44,656 nt of DNA. Origin: a virus. The position numbers were made by a program, and so were the translations under genes. The notes under the pieces are model-generated. The model made no database searches and was not told the DNA's origin. It saw only the letters and a program-made list of their open reading frames with translations. Positions 7,081 through 15,188 of the stretch are shown piece after piece (positions within the stretch are counted from its first letter, which is position 1; the number at the start of each line of letters is the position of its first letter). The DNA is taken from positions 1-44,656 of IMG/VR virus record IMGVR_UViG_3300045391_001696. One strand, given 5' to 3'.

Positions 7081-7157
7081 GTAAATAGATTCGGATGCGG
7101 AATGAATGTAAAATGTTATTGCAAGCAATAGTTAATACAAGCGTTTAGGAGCTAAAC

Positions 7158-7427
7158 TTGGCAAGCAGGATAACCCCGTCTAAAGGCTCAAAGCCAGATA
7201 AGTTATGGCGAGATGCAATTGCCGTTGCGGTGCATAGGGCAATTAATGAGCAGGAAAAGAAAAACAATCTTGCTGCATTGGCGGAGAAGCTAGTTGAAAA
7301 AGGATTATCCGGCGATGTAATGGCGCTTAAGGAAATAGGCGACAGACTTGATGGCAAAGCTTCACAAGATATTAACGCAAAGCTCGCTGGAGCGGTTACT
7401 GTGAATGGCAAGGTAGAGTTTGTCTGA
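7158..7427 (+). CDS. terS: putative small terminase subunit (89 aa)
   Basis: Position immediately upstream of and overlapping terL. TTG start with AGGAG 6 nt upstream and an in-frame TAG just before. Motif ALKEIGDRLDGK is, from memory, seen in small phage DNA-binding/terS-like proteins. Confidence 0.5.
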   Translation: MASRITPSKGSKPDKLWRDAIAVAVHRAINEQEKKNNLAALAEKLVEKGLSGDVMALKEIGDRLDGKASQDINAKLAGAVTVNGKVEFV

Positions 7428-8766
7428 TTACGAGATAAACTTCAACGCCAAGATTCCCAAAGTATTTAAGAGCCTATTTAAGCCAAAACGCTATAAGATT
7501 TATTATGGCGGGCGAGGAGGAGCTAAATCATGGGGATTCGCAGATGCGTTGCTTATTATGGGCACACAGAAGCCATTACGCATATTATGCGCCCGTGAAC
7601 TACAGAAATCCATTGCCGACTCGGTACACAAGCTCCTAAGCGATCAGATAGATAAGCTTGGGCTGCACGAGTTCTACGAGATCCAAAAGACCACAATCCT
7701 TGGTATTAATGGCACCGAGTTCCTGTTCAATGGACTAAAGCATAATGCGCGTGAGATTAAATCCACTGAAGGCATTGATATATGCTGGGTGGAGGAGGCA
7801 GAAAACGTATCTGATGCAAGTTGGGAATTACTTATACCAACGGTACGTAAAGAGGGTTCTGAAATATGGATTAGCTTTAACACTAAACAGCCAACAGACG
7901 CCACATATCGGCGCTTTATATTTGAAGCCGATGATGATTCGATCATTCAAAAGGTATCTTATAAAGACAATCCGTTCTTTCCTGACGTTTTGGAACGAGA
8001 ACGATTAAGGCTTAAGGCCAAAGACCCTAAAGCCTATGAGCATGTATGGGAGGGTGAATTCGATACGCGTTTTTCTGGCGCTGTCTATGCCAAGTGGATG
8101 GCAGAGCTTAAGGATAAGGGGCGCATTACCGATAGGGTAAAACACGATCCTGATTACCCCGTATCGACGCTATGGGATTTGGGCTTTGGCGATACATGCA
8201 CACAATGGTTCTTCCAGGAGGGACCGGGTGAGGTGCTTATAATCGATTACTACGAGAACAATAACGAAGGTATTGGGCATTATTGCGAGATGCTGCAATC
8301 AAAGCCTTATAAATACCGCGCCCATTACGTGCCGCAAGACGCTGGCAAGAAGCTTATGGAAGCCAGCGGCAGATCAATCGTTGAGCAGGCTTGGCAAGAT
8401 TACAAAGTTAAGATGACGATTATCCCGGAGACAACCCACGCTAACCGGCATGAAGGATTGCGTAAGGTGCTTCCATATTGCTGGTTCAATAGCGACACAT
8501 GCGCTGCTGGCATTGAGTCGTTAATGGCATACCATTACGAATACGATGAGGATTTACAGATATTCAAGAAGATACCTGTGCATGACTGGTCAAGCCATGC
8601 TTCATCCGCCCTAGAGCTATTGCCAAGCGTGTGGAGAGGAAGAACGCCGATTACCGTAGAGGACATGAAAAACCAAGCCATACGTAACGAGTTCTTTAGA
8701 AAGCGCAGGAAGAATAAACTTGAACAGGAAGACCCATACAGGATTAAGCCGATGGGTAAGAGATGA
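7420..8766 (+). CDS. terL: terminase large subunit (PBSX/Terminase_3-like)
   Basis: Walker A YYGGRGGAKS, Walker B-like ICWVEEAE, and a C-terminal nuclease region. A TTG start is the only option in frame. Confidence 0.9.
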   Translation: MSDYEINFNAKIPKVFKSLFKPKRYKIYYGGRGGAKSWGFADALLIMGTQKPLRILCARELQKSIADSVHKLLSDQIDKLGLHEFYEIQKTTILGINGTEFLFNGLKHNAREIKSTEGIDICWVEEAENVSDASWELLIPTVRKEGSEIWISFNTKQPTDATYRRFIFEADDDSIIQKVSYKDNPFFPDVLERERLRLKAKDPKAYEHVWEGEFDTRFSGAVYAKWMAELKDKGRITDRVKHDPDYPVSTLWDLGFGDTCTQWFFQEGPGEVLIIDYYENNNEGIGHYCEMLQSKPYKYRAHYVPQDAGKKLMEASGRSIVEQAWQDYKVKMTIIPETTHANRHEGLRKVLPYCWFNSDTCAAGIESLMAYHYEYDEDLQIFKKIPVHDWSSHASSALELLPSVWRGRTPITVEDMKNQAIRNEFFRKRRKNKLEQEDPYRIKPMGKR

Positions 8767-9566
8767 ATATCTCCGTCTATGATACAGGCCACGAAATAGC
8801 CGATACCATTGCTAAATCATTAGTAATGGGTATGGAGCAAAATATTGAAGCTGATGTAGCGATTGGCTATGGGATATTACGTGGCATGGCTGCAAACTTA
8901 CGAAAGCATAAGTACTGGTTTGAACTAGACCGTGGCTACTTCAACCCAGGCCACTACGACGGATATTACCGAATAAGCTATAAAGGCACACAAGCTAGAT
9001 ATGATGCGGCATATCCCATCTCTAAACAATATGAGTGTGAGCTAAAGCCGACTAGACCATACGATAAATCAAAGCCAATATTAGTATGCCCACCCACTGA
9101 TGTTGTAATGCGGTTCTTTGGCCTGGATGATTGGCCATGCAGGGCTACAAGCAATTACGTAATACGCCATAAGGGTAATCCAAATCCCATCAATTGGGAT
9201 GATTATTCCGCATGCATAACATTTAACTCAAGTGTAGGCTGGCAGGCTTTAATAAATGGCATTCCATGTATCTCTGATCCACATCATTCTGTGGTGGGGT
9301 CATACTATAACCCACTAGGGGTAGATATTTCACTTGACGAATATGTAGAACTGTTTAATAATGTGCCTCGCAAACCTCTATTAGACTTTATGTCTTCGCA
9401 CCAGTTCACTCTGGCGGAGATCAGTAGAGGTGACGCATGCAGCTTGATAAATTACTACCTCTCAAACTATATATCGGCTGGGATTCAAGAGAAGCCGTTG
9501 CGGCAGATGTCTGTAAGCATTCCATCGCCAAACGCACTACAACGCCGCTTTCAATCGAATATCTGA
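8763..9566 (+). CDS. putative glycosyltransferase, possibly KpsS/KpsC (Capsule_synth)-like
   Basis: ATGA-coupled to terL. Segment RHKGNP...ITFNSSVGWQALINGIPCI resembles the HP...NStvGfEALl.GkPv core of Kdo-transferase-like capsule enzymes. The function call is tentative. Confidence 0.45.
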   Translation: MNISVYDTGHEIADTIAKSLVMGMEQNIEADVAIGYGILRGMAANLRKHKYWFELDRGYFNPGHYDGYYRISYKGTQARYDAAYPISKQYECELKPTRPYDKSKPILVCPPTDVVMRFFGLDDWPCRATSNYVIRHKGNPNPINWDDYSACITFNSSVGWQALINGIPCISDPHHSVVGSYYNPLGVDISLDEYVELFNNVPRKPLLDFMSSHQFTLAEISRGDACSLINYYLSNYISAGIQEKPLRQMSVSIPSPNALQRRFQSNI

Positions 9567-10255
9567 AGCACCGTGATTTACGCAAGCGCGGTTTATTCTC
9601 GCGTCCATGGATTACGCTTGGCGCATCCGGAAGCTGGATTGATCCAACGGATGAAAAGCCGTTCAGCACTGAATTTTCCCATACCAGATTCCTTGTGCCG
9701 GAGTTAATGCAGTACAAGGGATGGGCGCTATTCCTCGATAGTGACATGATATGCCTTACCGATATCGCCAAACTGTTTGCGCTTTGCGATGATAAATATG
9801 CCGTAATGTGCGTTAAGCACACGCATGTGCCGCCGCTTAATTCGCATAAGATGGATGGCCGTGAGCAATTACGTTATCGCCGCAAGAACTGGTCATCATT
9901 CGTGTTATGGAATTGCAGCCATCCAGCCAATGCCAGGATTACTAAGGAAGCCGTTGGATTCATGAGGGGAACGGATTTGCACGCCTTCTCATGGCTTACA
10001 GACGATCAGATAGGCGAATTGCCTCCGACATATAATTATATCGCTGGGGTTAGTCCCAAGCTTGCGCCTGAGCGCGGCGGTATTCCCGATGTTATCCATT
10101 ACACCGAGGGCGGCCCATGGTTTCCTGAATGCCAGGAAGTACCATATGCAGGCATGTGGATTCAGGAATACGAAGATATGCAATGCAACGGCGAGATGGT
10201 TATTTGCGATGTTCCCAGTATTGCCTATGAGAAAGAGGAGATCATTAGAAAATGA
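9437..10255 (+). CDS. GT8-like (GT-A fold) glycosyltransferase
   Basis: N-terminal LYIGWDSRE..., DxD motif FLDSDMI, later HYTEGGPWF. GAGG RBS before ATG 9437. Confidence 0.65.
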   Translation: MQLDKLLPLKLYIGWDSREAVAADVCKHSIAKRTTTPLSIEYLKHRDLRKRGLFSRPWITLGASGSWIDPTDEKPFSTEFSHTRFLVPELMQYKGWALFLDSDMICLTDIAKLFALCDDKYAVMCVKHTHVPPLNSHKMDGREQLRYRRKNWSSFVLWNCSHPANARITKEAVGFMRGTDLHAFSWLTDDQIGELPPTYNYIAGVSPKLAPERGGIPDVIHYTEGGPWFPECQEVPYAGMWIQEYEDMQCNGEMVICDVPSIAYEKEEIIRK

Positions 10256-10938
10256 CAATCGCTCTTCTTTGCCCAACGCGCTCTCGGCCAGAACAATGCA
10301 AGCGCATGATTGACTCATCTTATGCAACAGCAGACAAGATCAATGTTTATATCGGTCTGACAATAGGCGACACATCCACATACGAGATAGATCCTAAAAG
10401 GGGTGCTTATATCGCATCATTCCATGACGGTATTCCCACCGTACATAAATGGAATCTGCTTGCTGAGGAGGCATTGGCGAATCCCGATAATAAACTATTT
10501 ATGCTCGCATCCGATGACATTGTATTTACAACGCCATGTTGGGATAGGGCGCTTCTCGATCATTACAGTGGCCTAGAGAATAAAATTCATGTTTATGCGT
10601 TACAGGATAGCCGTGATCCTGAGGGCACTCCGCATCCCATCGTTACGCGTGAATATATTGAGGCGATGGGATTCTTCCTTCCACCACTATTCCTACACTG
10701 GTATTGCGATACATGGACGGTAACGATAGCCAGATCGAATCATTGTTTTACCCATCTTAAAGACTATCTGCTTGTGCATGATAAGCCATCCGATAAAGGG
10801 CAGGGCGATGCCACGCATAACCGCATTCGCCAAATGGGATGGAAAGAGCGCGACGGCTGGGTGCATGAAAACCAGCGCTATACCACGCTAGGATTTTATA
10901 GCCAGCAGCTGCGAACACATATGCGGGATGCAGCATGA
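10252..10938 (+). CDS. putative GT2-like glycosyltransferase
   Basis: N-terminal LLCPTRSRP and SDD motif (MLASDDIVF); ATGA-coupled on both sides. Confidence 0.55.
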   Translation: MTIALLCPTRSRPEQCKRMIDSSYATADKINVYIGLTIGDTSTYEIDPKRGAYIASFHDGIPTVHKWNLLAEEALANPDNKLFMLASDDIVFTTPCWDRALLDHYSGLENKIHVYALQDSRDPEGTPHPIVTREYIEAMGFFLPPLFLHWYCDTWTVTIARSNHCFTHLKDYLLVHDKPSDKGQGDATHNRIRQMGWKERDGWVHENQRYTTLGFYSQQLRTHMRDAA

Positions 10939-11927
10939 GAATATGGATAACCGGCATAGCGGGGTTCTTGGGGTCGCATCTGGCAGATGTATTGTTGGCG
11001 CAGGGTCATACTGTATCTGGTAATGATAGCATGATATGCGGAAACCCAAAGAACGTGAATAAGAAGCTTGCATATACCTATACCGATTGCCGTAGCTTTG
11101 AGCCGTTAAGCGCATTCATGCGCGAATTTAGGCCGGATGTAGTAGTCCATTGCGCTGCTACCGCCCATGAGGGATTAAGTTCATTCAGTCCATCATTTAT
11201 TACCAGGAATATCTACGAAGCGTCCGTAACGACATTCAGTGCCGCTATTGCAGCTGGTGTTAAACGCATTGTTTATATGTCAAGCATGAGCCGGTATGGC
11301 AATGGCGATCCCCCCTTTGCGGAAGATCATTGGCCAGGGCCAGTCGATCCATATGGCATAGCCAAGGTTGCCGCAGAAGAAACGCTTAAAATCCTTTGCA
11401 ATACACACGGAGTAAAATACGCGATTGCTGTCCCTCATAATATTATTGGCATACGCCAGCGCAGCAATGATCCTTATCGGAATGTTGCCGCAATTATGAT
11501 TAATCGCTGTAAGCAAGGCAAATCGCCGATCATCTATGGCGATGGCTCACAGAAGAGATGTTTCAGCCCCGTTGCCGATTGTCTGCCGTCCCTTATTAAG
11601 ATGGTAAATGGCGAAGCCGACGGCGAGATTGTCAATATCGGCCCAGATAATAGCGAAATAACCATCCTTGAGCTTGCCAATATTATCAAGCAGATCACGC
11701 ATTGCGATCAGGATATTATGTATATGCCAGGTCGTCCTAATGAGGTACATGACGCTTATTGCTCAAGCGATAAAGCCCGCAGATTGCTAGGTTATGAAAA
11801 GAAGCAAAGCCTTCGTATGTGCCTAGAAGAAATGGCTGAATATATCAGGCCGCAGCCCTTTGATTATGATTTCCCTATAGAAATTACTCAGGGTTGCCCC
11901 AAGACATGGATTGGGAGGCTGATGTGA
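10935..11927 (+). CDS. NAD-dependent nucleotide-sugar epimerase/dehydratase (extended SDR)
   Basis: Rossmann motif ITGIAGFLGSHL and catalytic PYGIAKVAAE (YxxxK). Confidence 0.85.
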   Translation: MRIWITGIAGFLGSHLADVLLAQGHTVSGNDSMICGNPKNVNKKLAYTYTDCRSFEPLSAFMREFRPDVVVHCAATAHEGLSSFSPSFITRNIYEASVTTFSAAIAAGVKRIVYMSSMSRYGNGDPPFAEDHWPGPVDPYGIAKVAAEETLKILCNTHGVKYAIAVPHNIIGIRQRSNDPYRNVAAIMINRCKQGKSPIIYGDGSQKRCFSPVADCLPSLIKMVNGEADGEIVNIGPDNSEITILELANIIKQITHCDQDIMYMPGRPNEVHDAYCSSDKARRLLGYEKKQSLRMCLEEMAEYIRPQPFDYDFPIEITQGCPKTWIGRLM

Positions 11928-12115
11928 AGTGCGCTTATAATAATTGCCGTAAGAAATTCAAGGCAATAAAAACCTTTTGCCCAAAGAAATATTGTTCGAG
12001 AAAATGTAAGCAGCTTTCTGCACGGCAACGAGCAATCAAGAAAAATCCAGAATATTATCGGGAGTTGCAAAGAAGATGGACTGCTGCATGGAAGGCAAAA
12101 AAATGCCAACCATAG
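11906..12115 (+). CDS. small basic zinc-ribbon-like protein
   Basis: Cys pattern C-x4-C...FCPKKYCSRKC. The start may instead be GTG 11924, which has a GGGAGG RBS and a GTGA overlap with the epimerase stop. Confidence 0.45.
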   Translation: MDWEADVKCAYNNCRKKFKAIKTFCPKKYCSRKCKQLSARQRAIKKNPEYYRELQRRWTAAWKAKKCQP

Positions 12116-12519
12116 CAATCTCCGGCGGTTTTGATCCTATACATGGCGGTCATATCGACCTGATCGACGAAGCATCCATCTATGGCGATGTCGTTGTTAT
12201 CCTCAATAGTGATGACTGGCTCACACGCAAGAAGGGTAAGCCATTTATGAAATGGGAGCACCGCGCAAAGGTAATGCGTAGTATTAAGGGAATTCTCAAT
12301 GTTATCCCCGTGGATGATTCAGATGGCACTGTATGTTCGGCGCTTCGGCAGTTAAAGCCTGATTATTTTGCCAACGGAGGTGACCGCACGAATGAGAATA
12401 CGCCAGAACTAAAAATATGCGCCGATTATGGCATTAAGCCTCTATTCGGCATAGGTGGCGATAAGACAGGTAGCAGCAGTGCCTTAATTAGGGGGGCCAT
12501 GCAGTTCCATGATTGGTAA
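12103..12519 (+). CDS. cytidylyltransferase-family sugar-phosphate nucleotidyltransferase (RfaE domain II/TagD-like)
   Basis: ISGGFDPIHGGHIDLI (HxGH motif) and overall RfaE-II-like layout; trimmed to ATG 12103 with GGAAGG RBS. Confidence 0.75.
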   Translation: MPTIAISGGFDPIHGGHIDLIDEASIYGDVVVILNSDDWLTRKKGKPFMKWEHRAKVMRSIKGILNVIPVDDSDGTVCSALRQLKPDYFANGGDRTNENTPELKICADYGIKPLFGIGGDKTGSSSALIRGAMQFHDW

Positions 12520-12793
12520 TCGTTTGGTATTTCGCACATGGGGTTGGTATCTGGTATTGCTTAACCGTAAGCGCTTCAAGGTGAAATTATTGCGCTTCAA
12601 CGGTAAGCGCAGGATGTCCCGCCAATATCATAAATTCAGGAATGAATTATGGCTGTTTCTTACAGGCGCGCATAAAGGCACTTGGCGCAAGCATCACAAG
12701 CGCAAGGAGCATACCTATACCGGGGATAAGGCATTGGTTATTGAAATCCAGTATGGCTCCAAATGCGAGGAGAGCGATATTGTCAGATTATGA
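12509..12793 (+). CDS. cupin-domain protein (type II phosphomannose-isomerase C-terminal-like)
   Basis: RTWGWYLVL...KVKLLRF...[20 protein letters not shown] resembles the RPWG...KvK.l.v.PG..lSlQ.H..R.E.W cupin core. Confidence 0.6.
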   Translation: MIGNRLVFRTWGWYLVLLNRKRFKVKLLRFNGKRRMSRQYHKFRNELWLFLTGAHKGTWRKHHKRKEHTYTGDKALVIEIQYGSKCEESDIVRL

Positions 12794-13473
12794 ATCCAAT
12801 ATGCATTATTCCGGCGCGCATGGCCTCTACACGACTGCCGGGAAAGCCGTTGATGGATATAGACGGAAAGCCAATGGTCGTGCGGGTGGCGGAACGTGCA
12901 ACAATAGGGATGAAAATGCTGCAATTTGACGAACTTTGGAAGAAGATAAACGAGCGCGGTTCAATCGTTACCGTGCAGGAATACCATGAGCTTAAGCATG
13001 TATTTAATCTCATGCAGGAAGCCGAATCTTATCTTGAAGTTGGAAGCGCCGAGGGCAATTCTTTGTATGTGCTTTCACACGCGCTAAAACCGGGCGGGCA
13101 TATCACCTATATTGATTGGGATGAGCCGCATACCAGAGAACCGCGCAAACAGGTTGTACAGGATATATGCGACAGGGGAATCAGCGTTATAGGCATACAT
13201 GCAGATAGCAATGACTTTATCTCCAAAGATCAGATTAAGGATTACAAATACGATATCGTTCTAATCGATGCCGGCCATGAAGATTTCAATGTAGCAATCG
13301 ATGCCATGCTGTATGGGCCTCTAGCTACGAAATATATCATATTCCATGACATCATGCTTCCTGACGTTGCCAGGGCGTTTAAATGGTACGCGGCACAAAG
13401 ACCGGATTGCAAGATGAGCATGTATGTCAATAGCCAGACATTTGGCTATGGAATTTTGGAGATAAAGCAATGA
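12790..13473 (+). CDS. fusion protein: about 40-aa KdsB (CMP-Kdo synthetase) N-terminal remnant joined to a class I SAM-dependent methyltransferase
   Basis: [37 protein letters not shown] matches only the KdsB N-terminus. It is followed by [10 protein letters not shown]...[13 protein letters not shown]-coupled to the cupin gene. An alternative methyltransferase-only start exists at 12910. Confidence 0.65.
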   Translation: MNPICIIPARMASTRLPGKPLMDIDGKPMVVRVAERATIGMKMLQFDELWKKINERGSIVTVQEYHELKHVFNLMQEAESYLEVGSAEGNSLYVLSHALKPGGHITYIDWDEPHTREPRKQVVQDICDRGISVIGIHADSNDFISKDQIKDYKYDIVLIDAGHEDFNVAIDAMLYGPLATKYIIFHDIMLPDVARAFKWYAAQRPDCKMSMYVNSQTFGYGILEIKQ

Positions 13474-15188
13474 ATGATATAGCGGTAATTACAACATTTC
13501 CCAACAATTCATGGGAAATTTACGCCAAGAAGATGATTCAATCGTTTGTGGCTAACTGGCCGCAGGAAATACCGCTGTTGATACAGCTTGATGATGATTT
13601 GCTAGTGCGTGACGTACAAAAGCTATTGCGCCCGCAGGATGCCATTGCCGTGGGTTGGGAAGATGACCACAAAGCATTTGTAGAGCGCAATAAGGGTAAA
13701 GATGATCCACAGGACTACCGCAAGCAGGCCGTTAGATTCTGTCATAAGGTATTTGCGATTAGGCGTGCTTTAAAAGCCATTGAAGATGCCAAGGCTAATA
13801 ATGAACCGACAGCGCGTTACTTGATCTGGGTGGATGCCGATGTCATCACGCAGCGCAAGGTAACGCTTGATGAGGTGAGGGAATGTCTGCCCAAAGAAGG
13901 TGACGCCATTGCGTATCTTGGCCGTAAGGACTGGCCGCATAGCGAATGTGGTTGGCTGGCGTTTGACTTGGAAAATGGCGGCGATCTAGCTATTGCCAAT
14001 ATGTTTAATACCTATGTTTCTGAGGAGATTTTTAAACACACGCAAACTCATGACTCATGGATTTGGGATAGGTTGCGCGAGATTCAAGAAAATTCTGGGA
14101 TGAAATGGACAAACCTCACTGCCGATAAACCCGGTATGGACATCTGGCCGCATAGCCCAATGGGCAAATGGTCAACGCATTACAAGGGACCACAGGCCAA
14201 AGCCGATCTTGTCAATCTCGGTCAGCCAAGACAGCTCAACCAAAATGGCATGCAAAGCAATATTATTATTCAGACGCAAAACGCCATTCCTAACGAAGAA
14301 ATCCGCAAGAATATCGAAACTAACCAAACGCTTATCAATCATTGGATAAGGCCGTGCAAGCCAACAGATGAGGAAATTGTCGTGGTCTCGGCAGGGCCGA
14401 TGCTTATTGCCGAAGATGTGCGCCGGGAAAGGGGCAAGCGCATTGTAGCCGTAAAACATGCATTGGAACCGCTTAAGGCGGCTGGTATTAAGCCTTGGGC
14501 GTGTATATTGCTAGACCCGCGCGACCATGTAGCTAAGTTCGTTGATAATCCCGATAAAGATGTTATTTGGATCGTGGCAAGTCAGGTGCAACCGGAAGTC
14601 ACCAGAAAACTGATTGACGCCGGGTGTACGGTGTGGGGGTATCATGCCGCAGTGGCCGCCGGAGAGCAGGAGCTTACCAAAAAACAACAATATGCAGTAA
14701 TCAGCGGCGGAAGCGCTACTGCAACTCGTGGGCTGTATGTACTAAAGCATCTTGGTTTTAAGAACATGGTTTTATATGGTTATGATCTGTGTTTTGCCGA
14801 CCGGCAGGATCTTAACGCAAGGGATGAACGCGGTCAGCCTAAATATCTTGAGATGTCCATTGGGTTGCAGCACCCGCTTTACAGCATCAAGCGCTGCTTC
14901 TGGTCTGAGCCGCAGCTTATTGCCCAATTTGAAGAACTAAACGACATCATTAAAAACAATATCTTCAATCTAAGAGCATATGGCGATGGCATTATCCCCT
15001 TTGTTTTAAAGGCAAAGCAGACGGGTGAATTGCGAGAGAGTGAATTAAGGACTAAAATTAACGGTAAACGTTTACCCACATATGAGCAGCTATTGAAATG
15101 CAGCAGCAAGAAAAAGATGCTATCCTCAATGATGCGGCAGCTGAAGTGGCTGCTGAGCCCCCTGAAAACGATCAGGAACAGCAATTAA
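13470..15188 (+). CDS. two-domain protein (572 aa): N-terminal GT-A-like domain plus C-terminal DUF115/MptE/Maf-like Rossmann domain
   Basis: N-terminal domain: IWVDADV (DxD). C-terminal domain: VVVSAGPML...[29 protein letters not shown] resembles the DUF115 G-x-G-P-S-L...P-D-x-x-x-x-D core. Confidence 0.55.
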   Translation: MNDIAVITTFPNNSWEIYAKKMIQSFVANWPQEIPLLIQLDDDLLVRDVQKLLRPQDAIAVGWEDDHKAFVERNKGKDDPQDYRKQAVRFCHKVFAIRRALKAIEDAKANNEPTARYLIWVDADVITQRKVTLDEVRECLPKEGDAIAYLGRKDWPHSECGWLAFDLENGGDLAIANMFNTYVSEEIFKHTQTHDSWIWDRLREIQENSGMKWTNLTADKPGMDIWPHSPMGKWSTHYKGPQAKADLVNLGQPRQLNQNGMQSNIIIQTQNAIPNEEIRKNIETNQTLINHWIRPCKPTDEEIVVVSAGPMLIAEDVRRERGKRIVAVKHALEPLKAAGIKPWACILLDPRDHVAKFVDNPDKDVIWIVASQVQPEVTRKLIDAGCTVWGYHAAVAAGEQELTKKQQYAVISGGSATATRGLYVLKHLGFKNMVLYGYDLCFADRQDLNARDERGQPKYLEMSIGLQHPLYSIKRCFWSEPQLIAQFEELNDIIKNNIFNLRAYGDGIIPFVLKAKQTGELRESELRTKINGKRLPTYEQLLKCSSKKKMLSSMMRQLKWLLSPLKTIRNSN

